The notes beneath the pieces were generated by a model. It saw nothing but the letters and a program-made list of their open reading frames with translations. It searched no databases and was not told the origin of the DNA. From Yuukianura sp. NJ FZ-2021 (taxonomy: Eukaryota): a stretch of DNA of 64,000 nucleotides. Below, in pieces: positions 28,315 through 42,500 of the stretch. Within the stretch, counting starts at the first letter, position 1, and each line of letters starts with the position of its first letter. The stretch spans positions 1,426,001 to 1,490,000 of the forward strand of contig CM102286.1 of the NCBI GenBank assembly GCA_046563655.1, read 5' to 3'. The position numbers and the translations under genes were made by a program.

Positions 28315-30584
28315 TTAGTAAGTTTGTATCTCCTTGAATAGAGGGTAGACGGTGGACAGGGAGAATGACGAATTAGGACCATGCGTGATGTCAATTATGC
28401 GTTTAGCTTCAATGATGTAGGATTTGGCCAGTTCAGCTTGATTTAAAAACCACGTCAGTTTGGCAAGTTTGAGAAGAAATATCCCAAGAAACTGATGATT
28501 CGCAGACAAATACTTCCTAAAAATAAAAATAATTAAATTAAAACTTGAAACAGGAAGACGCTGATGTTTTCTAATAAGGGGTCCCCTGGGGCTTGAGCAC
28601 ATGGTGGTAGGTGGTCGGCGAAGTGGTAGGTGGTCGTGTAAGTAGTAGCTGGTCGGCTAAATGGTAGGTGGTCGGGATATGTAAAGGATTCAATTACCGG
28701 TAACCCTTGATAGCCAACTCTCCATGCTTTTGGGCACTTTTCCAGCGACTCATTTCGATAGAGGAATCGAATGCTTGAGAAGCCATGGTCGTCACTAGCC
28801 AATGAGTATCAGAGAAATTCAGAGACTTCATTACATTTAAACAAGTTTCACAAACATCCAAATCTGTAACAAAAAATCATCCCAGATTTACAACCGTAAT
28901 GGGAAAATCATCCTCAATTTGACTCACATACGATTTCTCGCATTTCATGTAACTTCCCTCTCACCATCTCCTCAGCTTCTTCAATTTTCTGGAGCAATTC
29001 GTCGGACAGAGAGACTCCACATTTAGGACACACTGGAGTACTACCGCTGCCCTTAACTTGAATCTAAGCAAATCAAAATACTGAAAGTCTAATTTCGCAA
29101 ATCAGAACAGACGTGAGAAAAATTTAAACTGACCTCTTCAGCGCAAGATTCGTTTTGACATATGACAGCACTCATGGAGATATCGTACCGAAGTACGGAG
29201 CACCGTTCACATTGACAATCAAAATAGTAGATACCACGGAGCTCGGGGATTCGAACGCTCGAAGGCCGCAGTGTATCTTGATATGAGATGGTCACTTTCT
29301 GGATCTAAACAGTTTTCAATCAGACAATCAGAGTACAGCGAGGTCAATGGCAGAAGTTTTCTTAGACTCACTGGAAGACTTTCTGGAAAATCGACGATGT
29401 TTCGAATATAAATCGTTGTTCCCTCGAAAGTAGCACAAGCCATTGGTTCGCAAGAGTGATCAAAGATGGAAGCTCCGAGATAAAGTCCGGTTCCAATTTG
29501 ATGTAGTTCTGGATCCGTGATGCTGAACGTATTGACGTAAATCTAAACCAAACAGAATCCTTTACGTTTTTCGTCAAACTTTTTTAGTCAAACGTTTTCA
29601 AGTTATTAATTATAATCATAATCAATCACCCTTCCACAGATTCCTATCAGGTCGTGTTCATTTGGCATAGGGATTCCATGTACCCTTAACAAGGACTCGA
29701 CAACTTTTCCGGAAGTGTAAATGTGTTCCATCCTCGTAGAATCGTTTCGCACTTCAATGTAATCTATGTAAAATGATGAAAATGAAAGACCAAACTGCTG
29801 CTTAACCCCTCCATTCCTCCGGGAACCATTTCAACAAAAGAATGTTGATCTTACGAGACATGAGATCATGGAATCGTCGGCTAGTCGTTGGACTAATTCT
29901 GTCAGCGACATCGGATTTGGTCTATTCAGAAAATTAAATCAGTTACAGCAAGTTTACAAGTAAAACAAATACATATAATTTTACCTGCAGCTTAACAATG
30001 ACACGCAGAAGTAACCTTGAGAATGCTGGAGGGAGCTTGCCATATTCCTTGACCCCAGCACATTCCCACCGATGTCCATCATGCCACCCTTTCTTCTGAC
30101 AGTTCCGGTCACAGTATTGAACCAAGCGACATGTACCACACTTCGAAAGATGCGTTACGTCACTGTCCCTACGCCAAGTGCTAACTGTTTTATTATACTC
30201 TTTGATATCATGTCAAAGGTCTCACACAAATTCAAATTCGAAAGCACTGGAAGAAGGTACTTCAAAAATCTGAGAATCAGGCGAAATGTCCAGTCTCTAT
30301 TGTAACCTTGGCGTAACCAAATACTAGCCATTTGAAATTTACAGCCTAATATTATAACTACAAGCTTAAAATCATTTAAGATCAATACAGTAAACTATGT
30401 TAAACTTATCGTTAATGCATTAATTGCATTACCTTTTAGCAAAACAAGTATCGCAGTGATTTTCTGTGTGATTCCGGGTAAGTGTGTAGGCGAAGGGCTT
30501 ACAGCTGAGAATAGTCGTTCCTTTTTTAACAACGTTGTTCGTCAAATTGCTTTGATTTGAACATGGAACCAAGTAACTACTCAT
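28315..30584 (-). CDS. SET and MYND domain lysine methyltransferase (SMYD2/3-like), multi-exon
   Basis: KGTTILSCKPFAY (split SET). MYND zinc finger CDTC...KCGTCRLVQYCDRNCQKKGW..GHRWEC. SET motif DHSCEP, ISYQD. Post-SET YYFDCQCERC. C-terminal ITHGP helical region. Confidence 0.85.
28602..28677. repeat. ~19-bp tandem repeat (TGGTAGGTGGTCG core, 4 units) in a SMYD intron
   Basis: Four visible units; possibly a small repeat-element insertion. Confidence 0.6.
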
Positions 30585-33500
30585 ACTAAAACTAACTTCC
30601 AACTCCTGTTAATCAGAATACGTAATGACGAAAATTACGCAACTAATTAACACATGCAAAAATGCTAAAGACTTATAAAAAATCAAAAACTGGTGCAACA
30701 AAAAACAAAATTGCAGAACTTGTGTTTCCTTTCCCGCTGTGAAATTTGAATTTTTTAAGAACAGTAACTCCGAAAATGACTGGATTTTTGGTACTATTGT
30801 TTCAAGAATTTTCTCTAACTCCCACTTTAGTTTAAATTCTAATTAACACTAAATTATACTGTTTTTCTGTTTTAATCAAAGAACTAAAAGATTATTTCAA
30901 ATTACTGGCGTTATACATCTGAAATTTTGGAAAAAAAAAATACTAAGCAACTTTAGCACACAAGTTTTATTGTTTATAGTGCTTGACCAAAACATAACTA
31001 TACTGAAAAAAATTGCTCTCTTTTTTTCTAGCGAAAGTTTGTCAAAATTTTTGGTTAAAGTGGCATTTCTTACTAAATAATTTTTTGATCAGTCATTTGT
31101 TCACGTTTGCTTTCACTTCCACTCGTGTTGTTATGCTTTTCATAATTTATATTGCTAAACTTTTATTCCTTTGAACCAACAAAATCTTAGGCATAGCCCA
31201 CTTTACTCCAGAGACGACCATCCAAAAAATGTTTTCCCTCTCTCAAAATTTACCTTGTCTCTTCAGATTTGAACATTCTGCAAAAAAGAAGAAGAAAGAA
31301 GGAGGTTGGTGCTGGAAGGCTCCCAGGACAGCCGAAAAGTTTACTTCTGCCTTGGTACTTCGTAAGTGTAACTTTCTCTTCTGCGCAGACGCAATTCCAG
31401 TCTAAGTGAAAGTAGTCAAAGGCCGGTTGTGCTGGAGCCCTTTGGTTTTCGTGTTCCAGCGGAGTGGGATGCTGCTGCGGGTTCCGTTTTTTAACTTTCC
31501 AAAAAAAATTCCAACATCATCTTCCTCTGTCTGGTCCTAATTTCGGCTCAGAAGGGTTCCAGCTCCGCTACTGCTAAGGTCTAAGGGCTCCCGGTACTTT
31601 TTCAAAAAATTTCAAAAAAAAAAAGTTAGAAAAGTGTGAAGTGTTTGCCGATTTCTGACTGGGTTTGATACGGTGAAAGTCCGTCTTTGTGATTGTGAAA
31701 GCAAAGACTTCGAAGTGGGTCTTAACACCTCAACTTCAATCACTTCCACTTCCATTCACTCCAAAGAACGGCCGGAGTCTATCGCCCACTTGAACTTTTA
31801 CTTTCCCGCCGATTTTCAAAAAACACTTACATTTGACCTTCATTTTGAAAAAATTTCATTTAAAAACACCTATAGTCGATCAGAGTCTCGTGACTAATAC
31901 CTGCCCATCAGACATAATCTTCTGAGCAGAAGCGTCAATTGTCTCAATCACTCCAAGTCAAATGTAAGTTCTTCTTCTAACATTTTCCACTCCATTTTCT
32001 TTAAGTTCCTTAGCTCTTAGGAGATTTCAGAAAGAAACTTCAGTTTTGGCGGGTAAAAATGCAGATTCGTTTTTCGTTTTGCTTGATCTCCTCCTCCGGC
32101 CGTTGCTCACCTGAGAAATTCCATTCGAACGAGAGGCTTACACATCAATCTATGTCAATCCAGAAGACTCACCCAGTTGTGTCCTGAAGCATTTTTAGAG
32201 TCACTTACATTTAGTTTCACCTAGAAGGGGGGAGGGGGGGGGGGGTTACGAATCTTAAGGGGGGGGGGGTAACCTGAATTTCGAAAAAAATTGCAATTTT
32301 CTGGAACAAGAGAAAAAAGTCCCGGATTCCCAAAATGTCACAGTGACAGAGCAAGGAGAAAGCGCAGGCGAAAGTCAAAACGAAAAAATCGGTAACAAAA
32401 TTTTAATTGAAAATTTTGGATTTGGAAATTTCGAATCGGAGAAACACAGACTGGGGAAGATTAGGGCTAAAGACCTTTTCTTTAGAAAATTGTCCAAAAT
32501 TTTTCTTCTTTTTTTTTTGACAAAAATGAAATTTTGATTTTGGATTTGAATATCGGTTGGGAGATGTTAGGATTCTTGTTTCGTCGGAAAATGGGAAGAC
32601 GTTATGAACAAGCGTTGCCAACATTTTGGTAACGACAAGGATACTAAGAGAGAGAAAACTTTCTCTTTTTTTGAAAAATTGGCTAGAATATGAAAGGTAG
32701 TTTTTGATGCCAAAAGAAGATGTTTCCTCCTCCATTTTTTCCAATATGCAAACCCACTTATCTTCTTCACGTCTTGGAAATATGTTTTTTTGGCACGCGG
32801 GAAAAGTTCTTTGGAAGGAAATCAGATCAAACATGGTTCAATTGTAAGAAAGCACTCAGATTCATATTTGCTCAGGAATGACGAGGAAGATGCTTCAGGA
32901 ATTCTGCACCAAATTCAAAAGTTGCATCAGTCTCCTGCCAATCCGCCGCTCAAATTTTACATTTTTCTAATGTTTTTACATCTTTTTGAACACATTTCTA
33001 CACTTCTTTCCTAGATTTTTTTTTACTAAACTCACTCAAAGTTAACATTACCGTAGTTATTGTTAGAGTGAAGCTGTGCAATAACCTAAAACGAAGTTAT
33101 TATAACGAGAGTTCCCGCTGACCAATTAATTCTAATGAAACTTTTCCCTTACACAGAACTACGTTTGAGTCTTCTGGGCGCGGGAAACACTTTTAAAAAA
33201 GTTTCTAAGTTTTTGAGCTTTTAGCTTTCATTAGCTGGCGTTTTCTAAGTATTAAGTAGTGTGATTAGACTTTACTAAAACTGAAACTAACCTAATGTTG
33301 AACTTAATTGAGAAAAAAGTTAGGCTAAGACTCGTCCACGTTTCCTACACCTCAAATTCATTAGGGTAAAGGTGAAAGCAGGAAAGAAAGTGAGTTTGTA
33401 ATTTGAGTATCTCACGAAGTGAAACATGATTCTATCGAGGGCGGGAGAAACCAAAAAAACTAAAAATGAGCTCAGGAGTGAACGTGTGAAGGTTACATAG

Positions 33501-36500
33501 CCTAACCTAACGTTCAGTTAGGCTAAAGTTAGGTTTTACCTTAACCTCACCACCATTTTTAGTCGTTTTCGAAAAAAGAACAAGAATTTTTGGTTTCTTG
33601 CAGAAAGTTCTAGTATAGCAGTAGGTTAGGCTGTAGTTTGCAAGAAGAAAGTATGGCGGGAAGAGGTGAAAATTTTCAAAAAAAAAATGCATGCTGTACT
33701 ACAGTGGTTGGGATCATCAGGAAAACAAAGGAGAAAAACTTCCTTTTTCCTCCGTTGGCATCTAAGGCTTTCTCCTTTTTTCGTAATACTTTATGATTTC
33801 CTTTGAAAAGACTCAAAGTTCTTCCAGAATATTTTTATAAGTCCCGCATACTCTATTTTTCGCACCACCACAGTTTCAAGCTGAACTTTCTCTTGTGGCA
33901 GCCTAACTTTCTATACTTTCTAAGCCTCTCTACTTTTTTAAAAGGACAAAAGAAACGAACAGGAAGCACGTCCTGCCTGCCTTTCTTTCATTTTTCTTCA
34001 ACAAATTCAAACAGCCCTCCTCTTTTCTTCCGGAACCACAACACATACACTTCATTATCATTTTTTACCATCCCATAGACACTTACAACAAAAAACAACT
34101 TTATGCTCAACTGCGTGCCCAAATTTTCAAAGAAAGAAAGAAAAAAAAGCGCGTTTTTTGAATCTGACGTCATCTGATTGAGATAATAAAAAATTTTGAA
34201 AAAGCCGGGTATTTTTTGAATTTCTTTGAAAAGTCTGCAAAATTTTGGCGGGAATACCCCGGTTTGAATTTGTTTAAACTTGTTCAGTTGGCGAAAGTTT
34301 TTTCCCGCGTTAAAATATTCAACTTTTCTTTAGAAATGTGTCAAATTTGTGAATTTTCTTTTGAATTTCGAGGTGCTTTAGCTGGAATGCTCAGATTTGA
34401 ATTCTTTTTTGAAAAGTCGCACGGTTGGCGCGTTTTTTTTTGTATTGTTTTTGATTCTGGAACCTATCTTGTGATTCCTTTTGTTCTTTTCAATGTTCAA
34501 AGAGAAATCTGGAAAAAGTAGAGCTTTTTCTTTTACTTTCTTGCTTTCTCTGCTTCAAAGTCAAAAACTTGAGCATTTGTAATCCGGTTAGGGGCTTTGA
34601 CAAAAGTAGAAGCTTTTTTGCACAGAACTTTTTCTTACACACGTTTTTTTCAACAGAATGTCACCTTGCGTTGTCATATCCTCGTTTGTTAGAAAAAAAA
34701 GTAGTACTAAGGCATTTGGAGTGGAACTTAAGAACTGCAGCAGCAAGAAAAGGAAGTACGACTTACAACCTATTTTTGAACTTCTGTGTTCGAAAAAAAA
34801 AGTTAAGGTTTCTGGCTTCTTTCTTTTTTTTTCTTTTTAAAAAGTGTTGTAACTCAATTTCAACATTTCTTTTTTTTAACTTTCCCTCCAACATCTCTCA
34901 GTTTCAACATTTTTTCGCTTCTCAGTATTAACATTTTACTTTTCACTTTCACTACAAGTTATTAGCAGTTCCTCACTTTCACCGATGTGTCTGTTACACC
35001 CGGGTACTATAAAGTTCCGAACTAAAAGTTTTTGGAAAATTTCACTATTTTTCTGTATAAAACACTTTTTAGCTTAGTTTTCAAAAGCTTTCAAATTTTT
35101 GATAGACTTATTTAATAACTCAACCTAATCTATCATATTAAGATTCACAGTTGAGTGAAAACGAGCTGCAGACTTAAGACTAACTTTTAGCCAAACTTAA
35201 CTTTACTTCAGCTAAACAAATTCAGCTAAAAGCGAGCTAAGCGTAACTTAAACCTTCACTTTAGCTAAACATAGACTTGCTAATAACTTTAAAACAAACA
35301 TTTTTTTAAAACAGAAGTTATGGCATAGTCTGTTAAGGAAAAAAACAAAATTTGGATTTAAACAACCTTGGTTTGTAAGAATTGGGGGTGGGGCTTGATG
35401 GTGATGAGGTAAGTGGGTGCTAAGTGTGAAAACGGAGGGGTGACAGCCAAAGTCAGACGAAGGTGAGCCCTACCTCTTCTGCCTGTCGCTTCTACTTCAG
35501 TCAACGATAGGTTTACAGCCTAACGTGAACGTGATCGTCTTCCAGACAATACAAAATGGACGACAAGGTTAGTCTTCCGCAGTCAGCAGATACGCAGAGT
35601 GACAGGATGGTATAAGCTCCTTCCAGAAAGTGACACGACCTGGATTCCCTAATGTTAAAGAAGCTGCTTTCTCCTTATAAGCTCATTGTTCACCCACACC
35701 TTCAAGCACTTACGCCTAATCCTTCACCAGAATTTAAATTTCCCGCCACTTTTTCTGCATATTTCACACAAACTTTGATTTTTTTAATTTTACGACATAT
35801 TTTTTTAATTTTTTTAATATTTTTTCTAATTTTAGTCTCTTTAGTCAAGACTCCAGCATAATTTTGCTTATGTGAGGAAGCAGTTATGTTGTCATTTTTT
35901 TTATATTAAAAAACGTTCTAGTTTTTGGAAAACTTTTTGTCTAGATTCAACCTTTGTTTATTAGTTTGGATTGCAATGTTTTATGGGAGGACACAAGGGA
36001 GAAAGTTTCATCTCAAGAATTTTTTTTGAAAAAAAAGTGAGCCTGTTTCAAAAAAAGTTGAAAAAGTATTAAAAAGAGAAATCGTAAAACTGAGTAACGT
36101 TTTTCAAAATATTCATCATTCAGGGTTTCGACAAGGGAAATATAAAATAAGGCCCGTTCTCTCTCAAACTCCAACTTTTTCCTCCTACACTTTGTTCATG
36201 TTCAAAGCAAACTTTGAAAAAAACTTTTTTCATTTTTTAAAAAAAGAGTAACGCATTAAGGGCTCCCTTGACTTTTTTACTGTTAGAAGTAGCGAGCACT
36301 TTATCCTCTCTCGGTCACATTCCTTGTGCACCCTGTGTACTGTCAATAGTGAAAGCATGAGCATCTACAACCACTATGTTAGACTATGTTAGGCTAGTTT
36401 TGTACAAAGTCTTGGCGCTAGAACTCAAATCTCCAAAGACTCCTTTCATCTTTCCAAAAGATAAAGCTGAGCAGATCCCCTGTGCGCATTCGGCTCTCCT

Positions 36501-39500
36501 CCGTCCCACATTTGCATATGAATAGTCACTATGAGGCAAGTTAAGCTCAAAAAATGACAGAGAAAGTTGTTCTTTTGCGTCAAAAGTTCTCGGCTCTGAC
36601 CTTTTGACCTTTAAGCCAAAAAGGTACGAAAAAGTTTAAGCCAAAACGAAGCTTAAGTAATAACTTTGGACAAAAACGAAACAGTTTGAGACAAAACTCG
36701 AAAATTTTGAGCCAAAACAGAAAAGGTTCGAAAACAAAAAAAAATTACTCGAAATCAGATTTAAAAATTTGGTCCGAAAAATGGAACGAAAACTTTAGTG
36801 CGAACAGAGAATGAAGAATTTGAGCCAAAGTTTGAAAAGTTTTTGAGTAAATTGTTTAGAAGGTAACTCATTGCATAACTCGTTTGTGGTTTGGCGCCAG
36901 GTTCAAAATTTTGAATTCAAAAGTTTTGGCGCGGTTTTAAACAGACAATAAGGTCACGCTCTCCGTAAATTCCTGTTTACCGAGGTGTCATTTTCTAGAA
37001 ATTATTTGAAAAACCTTGTTGCAAAGTTCCTCTTTTGCCACGTGGTTTCTCGTTTGTAACTTTTTGTGTGGCGCGCGCTACTTTTGGAAGTTTGAAATGC
37101 CGTTGTTGTGGTTTGGGGTAAAGTGAGACTCTCTCTTCACTGAAAAGTTTTTGAGGATGAAAAGCAGGAACTTCAGAGAGACGCAAAAGCAAAGGGTTTT
37201 GGTGAAAGTGGGATGTTGAGAGTAAATGGAGAAAGTGAAGGAGACTCTCGTTTTGCGTGTGGTTTTTAGTTTGGTAAAAGTTAGACAATGGTCCTCGTAC
37301 AAAATGAAATGAAACAAAGTTGGAATGGATTTGGAACGGAGGAGTTAGGATTGTAACTTAAGTTGCTAAACGAAAAGTAAAGTTAGGCAAAACTAACGTA
37401 GAGTTAACATAAACTTAAACTGTACAAAACAATTGGAGAAGCTTCGACTTTGCCTGGGAAAGTCTTTTATGAAAACTTTCTCTTTTACTTTTATTAATTT
37501 CAAATCTGGCCTCAGTGCAAATCCATCTTTTCTGAAACGATTTTTTGGAAATGTTCCTTATGAAGTAAAGATTTTGACTTTTTTGAAATTTTGGCTCAAA
37601 CGAAGTTTTTTGAAAACGAAGTTGAGGATGAGTCGAAATTTTAGTGCTGGGCTTTGGATTTATCAGAGAACAAATAAGATTGGACTTTGTCTATTGTCAT
37701 AATTTAGCTGAAAAGCTTAATTCAATTTTGAGCACGCTTGAGTGAAAACGCGCCGAATTTTGAAATTGGAGTTTGCAGAAGTGGAAAATGGGATTGATAC
37801 AGTTGGAGAGATGAGATCTTCAAAAGAGTCTTATGCACTGGAGCAATCGCCATAACTTTTCCAGAAGGAAAATTAGGAAATTCGGAAAACAGTTTAACGA
37901 CTCCCGCTCTAAAACTCTAGAGAGTGTCTGCGAAGAGCGAAACTGTTTTTAATTTGAAATTCTACCATTCCCGCCTCTCCGCTCTTTTCAAAATGCAAAT
38001 ACAAGTCTCAACACGAAGAAAAATTAAACAAACAAAAAAGCAACAAAACTAAAAAATTAATTTTCTTGTGTTGATTAAAACAGAAACTCAGAATCTCAAA
38101 CTCCGAAACTCTAAAACTGAAAATTCTCATTTTCCGGATTTGTGAATTTCGAACTTCCGGAAACCGAATTTCAGTAAAATTTCAGGAAATATGTAACTTT
38201 TTTCATAAAAGATTTGTGGTGTGTGGACGATAGAGTGCGGTGGCTCAGCATATATCTTTGTTACTAAAAGCCTTGTATCACTGCTGTCCGTTTTCCGCCC
38301 CTGCGGTTGTGTCCTTGTGTCCAGCGACGTCCTGGAGCCAATGTCACCCTAAAATCCGTCCTTTTATCTCCGAACCGGAAATAAAGTGAAGAAAGACTAC
38401 TGGAAATGTCGCTATAAATTGTAGCCACTTTCAACTTCTTTCCCTAACCTAACATAACCTATTCTTTTCCTTATCTTAAGACAACGCAGGAGACAGCACT
38501 ACTTTCTCCGTCACTCCTTCCGCTTCCCAAATCCTCCACTACATAACACAGCTAATGGAACTTCACAAGGAAAAAAAGTCAGCAAAAGTAAATGGAAATA
38601 AAAGTTTTAGTACAGACAATATTAGTCTAAATTTGCAAAAACGAAAAAAAAGAAAAAAGAAAAGAAAAGAGCAAAAAGAAAGAAAGAAAGCAAAAAAATT
38701 CACTCTAAATATCTATGTGACCTCAATTTTTTAAGTCGTAGAATACTGAACATAACTTCTGAAAAAACATAACCTAAAAAACTAACTTCAACTTTTCTCA
38801 AGTTTTCATCAGTAAGGTCATGCTAAAGTACACTCTTGTGTTAAGTTTCGGTTGAATTTAGTCACTCTGTCACTCTTCTGCGACAGAATGACTCATGTTG
38901 AAGTGAGTTATGGGCGGTGGGCAGTAAAAGTTCGTCGTGGGTACAACGGTTGTCGTTCATCCTTACTTCAACCGTCGTGTTTCCTGAGCTTAGAGGAGGA
39001 CAAATGTGTGGCACTGAGGAGGTTGTCGTCGACTCAAGCAAGGAGAAAGGCTATTCTAAAGAGGTCGTTTGTAAGGATGAAAAATGCGACTCAAGTTTAT
39101 TTCTTGGCCGAGATTTAGGACTCTTGGTGGCTTTTCCCTCTCTTTTTTAAAAAGTTGGCGCGAAAGCTAAGTTACATGGCAAGAGGAAGATAGCTTTCTT
39201 GGCTTAATAAATCAGTACGAACTTTTTTTTTGGTTTCCAGCAGCGGCACAACTTGAAAATTCATTCATTCCGGGTGACTCCTAGCGAAACACTTTGCTTA
39301 TTTATCACGATTTCACTTTCTTTTTTGGCTCTGGGGAATTTACAGGATTTAAAGCAGCCAAGCAACCTCATTTGTCGTTCAGGTCAAAAGTTCAGTTTGG
39401 AATTTAAAAAAGAGCGGTTTAAGTTCAAAATTTGAAAGTCACGTACAACTGCACACAGTCACAACATAACACTATGTGGAGTAAGTCACTGTCGTTAGAA

Positions 39501-42500
39501 ATTGTTAGGGTAGTTGAGCATTAAGTTAGGGTAGTATTTCTTAGAAAAGTAATTTACGCTTGACTTCTGATCAATTAGGATTTGCTAAATTAAATCCATC
39601 CAATTTAGGCCAAATGATAAATTGAGCTTGTCAAGAAACTAACTTTGAGCACGACAGAATGAACTCAAACGATTGATTTCTTTAGCTTTTTCCAAAAGTT
39701 AATCAAAGTTCGTAATGGATTTGAACCAACGACGCTGTTTCACACAACATGCAAGGAACGTTAGCCTAACCTAATGCATAGTAACTAAAACTGAAGTTTG
39801 TTTTAGACGAAATAGGTTCCTAACAAATGTGGACAAAAGTTTCAAAATCTTAAAAAAGCGAGGGTTCCAAGAAATGTGAGTTCGAAATTTCAGTTTTCGG
39901 TTTCAAATTTAAATCAAACGGGAATTGATTCAGTTTCGGCTTTGTGTTTTTCTTTTTGGAACAGAAAATATTTGTTTTGTTTTTTTGAAAATTCTTTTGT
40001 GCGATATTGACAATATATTTATGTTTTTTTTTGTTGAAAAGAAAAAGTGAAAGCAACGGAGCAAAAAGAGCATAGATTTCTTTTGAATAAGAGTTATACA
40101 TTGGATTTATTTGGATTCTTTTGAAATATCATACATATTTCAAATTCAAAAAATAAAAATCTTCTTCAGAACTTGAATTTTTATGACCCAACTTTCTGTC
40201 AACCATACTTTTTGAAAAGTTATAAAAAGTTACAAAAGTACAATAAAAATAGAACAAACTACTTTGAAGTGTAATGTATTTTGAACGCCTCAAGAAACAA
40301 ACTTGAATTAAACAAATTTTTCCAAAAAGAAAATTACTGTAGAAAAAGTTTAAAAAACTACTTTAGGAAAAAAAAGACATAGCCATAAAGTAGCCAAAGT
40401 TGATTGAAGAACAAAATTTGCAAAAAATATTCTGTTTTGAAAAATTAAGTTTTCATTTTCTAAAAACATACAATTTATGAAAATCTCTGACATTGAGGCA
40501 TGACAGTAAGTTCAGTTTTTAAGTTTCAACTATTTCCAAAAGTGAACACGTTCAAAACCAAAATTCAAAATTTGAAAAGCATTTTCGTGTGGTTTCAAAT
40601 ATCTCGGGTGTTGCAAAAGTTGAGAACCTCATGTGCAAACTTCTGCAAGGAATTTGCAATTTGCAGATAATTTCGCAAGCATCTTGGGCACCACATGCTG
40701 ACCTCCACATCACGTTCGCCTTAACTTTCCTCTTCGAAGTTTCAGTTTCTTGAGAACCAGAAGTTTACACAACTTTGAAGACAATTATGAACAAAACGTG
40801 TGAAAATTTAAGTTTTCGGCGCTTTTCGTAGCACAAACTGCGTTATGAATACTAGAGTTCAAAGTTCAAAAAAGAAGAAAAAAATTTAATATTAAAATTC
40901 AAAATTTAACTTTTTCTAAACTTCACCCCACATTTGACAAAGCATCAGCTTGTCTCTGAAAACTTTTGTTTAGTTTAAATATTTTCAAAATTTCTTTCGC
41001 GTTTTGAATTTTTTTTTGAACAGTAGTAAAATAATTTTGGCTCAAATGCAAAAATGATGATGGCTTGCTGCTGCTGCAAGAAGTCGATAAGGCCGCTGGA
41101 AATGGGTTTCATAACGACTCTGATTTTGTGCTTGCAAAGGCGCCATTATTTGAAAACGATTTGTTAAATAAAATATAATTTAATTGAACATATTGATCTT
41201 CATTCCTACGGTGCAAAACTCTAAAACGAGAGGAAATGGGTTAACGTCGTCATTTAGGGGCGCAAAACTCTAAAAAACGGGTTTTTGCAGTTATGAGTTC
41301 AGTACAGTTATTAAGCCTTAAACGATTTTCTAACATGCCTTGTTCATAAAAGTGTTTGACGTAAATGGCGGAAACATTCAAAAAAGTGGCAAAAAACATA
41401 ACTTTTGATGTGAGTTATTTCTTCAAATGAGGTCTCATAAACGTCACTTCCAGTATTCAGGCCCACTCTTTTGGATTAGGTGAAAAACGACTTTCTCTTT
41501 TTTCAAAAGGTGAGAAAAACAATTTCCATTTTTTGAAACCCGGGAAAACTCACTTTTTCAAAAAAAAAAACTAAGTGCCTTTTTTTCATGTTTTACTTTC
41601 ATCGCTGGAATCATAATAATTACTTCATCATCACACGCGTCTTAAATGGAGTTGTTTGTGTAGTTCTGTTTAAAAATGGAAGAAAGCTGAGCGGGAAATT
41701 TGAAATTTGAAATTGTTCCCGGGAACTCATTTTGTTTTAAAAACAGACGCCATTACCATTAGTGTGTCTTCCAATTAGTTTTCCGTTCTCGCCAAAAGAT
41801 GTTTTTCTGTGTAAATCCTTATGTAATTAAGTTTCATCATTTAGAACAATGGAAATGAGGATTCTCCTTAACGATTGTTCTTACATTCAACTTAGCACCT
41901 GAACACACACCAGACTTCTCTTGTGTCTTGTTCCCGTGAGCTCATTTTCAAAATTTCAAAAAGTTTTAAATTTTCCCGCCATTTGACTATCTCCCTCCCC
42001 CAACAGTTTTCATTTAAGTGAAAGTGAAAGTTGGAATAAATATTTACACTAGTCTTGAACTTTCGTATCCCGAAATGAGATGAAACTCATTCAAATGCGG
42101 CGAAACGCCCTTTGCTTCCCATGAATATCTTAACAGGGGGAGGGGAAAAGGGGTGGGAAAGTAAGGAAGGGGGGGGGTAAGAGAGTGGGGGGGGGTCTAG
42201 GAAGGGGGGGGGGTAGAGAAAAGTGAAAATTCAAAAGTAAAAAGGTGAACAATGGAAACAGCTTTGTATAAAGTCCTGGAACTTCCATTATAGTTTTCTG
42301 TGGAGGAAGGAAGGAGAAAGTGCGGGAGAAGAAAGAAAGTGAAAGTAATTTCCGTTCACCTGCTGCCTCCAAGGAATAGTAGCAACAGCCTACGGGCGAA
42401 TTTTTGGCACCAAAATTCAAAATTTCAAAAATTCCCGCCCTGCTTTTCATTTTCATTCAAAAAGGTTCCAAGAGTTGAGCTATTTCTCGGGCTGTTCAAA

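Noticed and set aside
29440..29470. SMYD SET motif NHSC changed to DHSC as a sign of inactivity
   Set aside because: To my recollection DHSC also occurs in other arthropod SMYD3-like proteins, and the remaining SET/post-SET residues are intact, so there is no basis for a claim.
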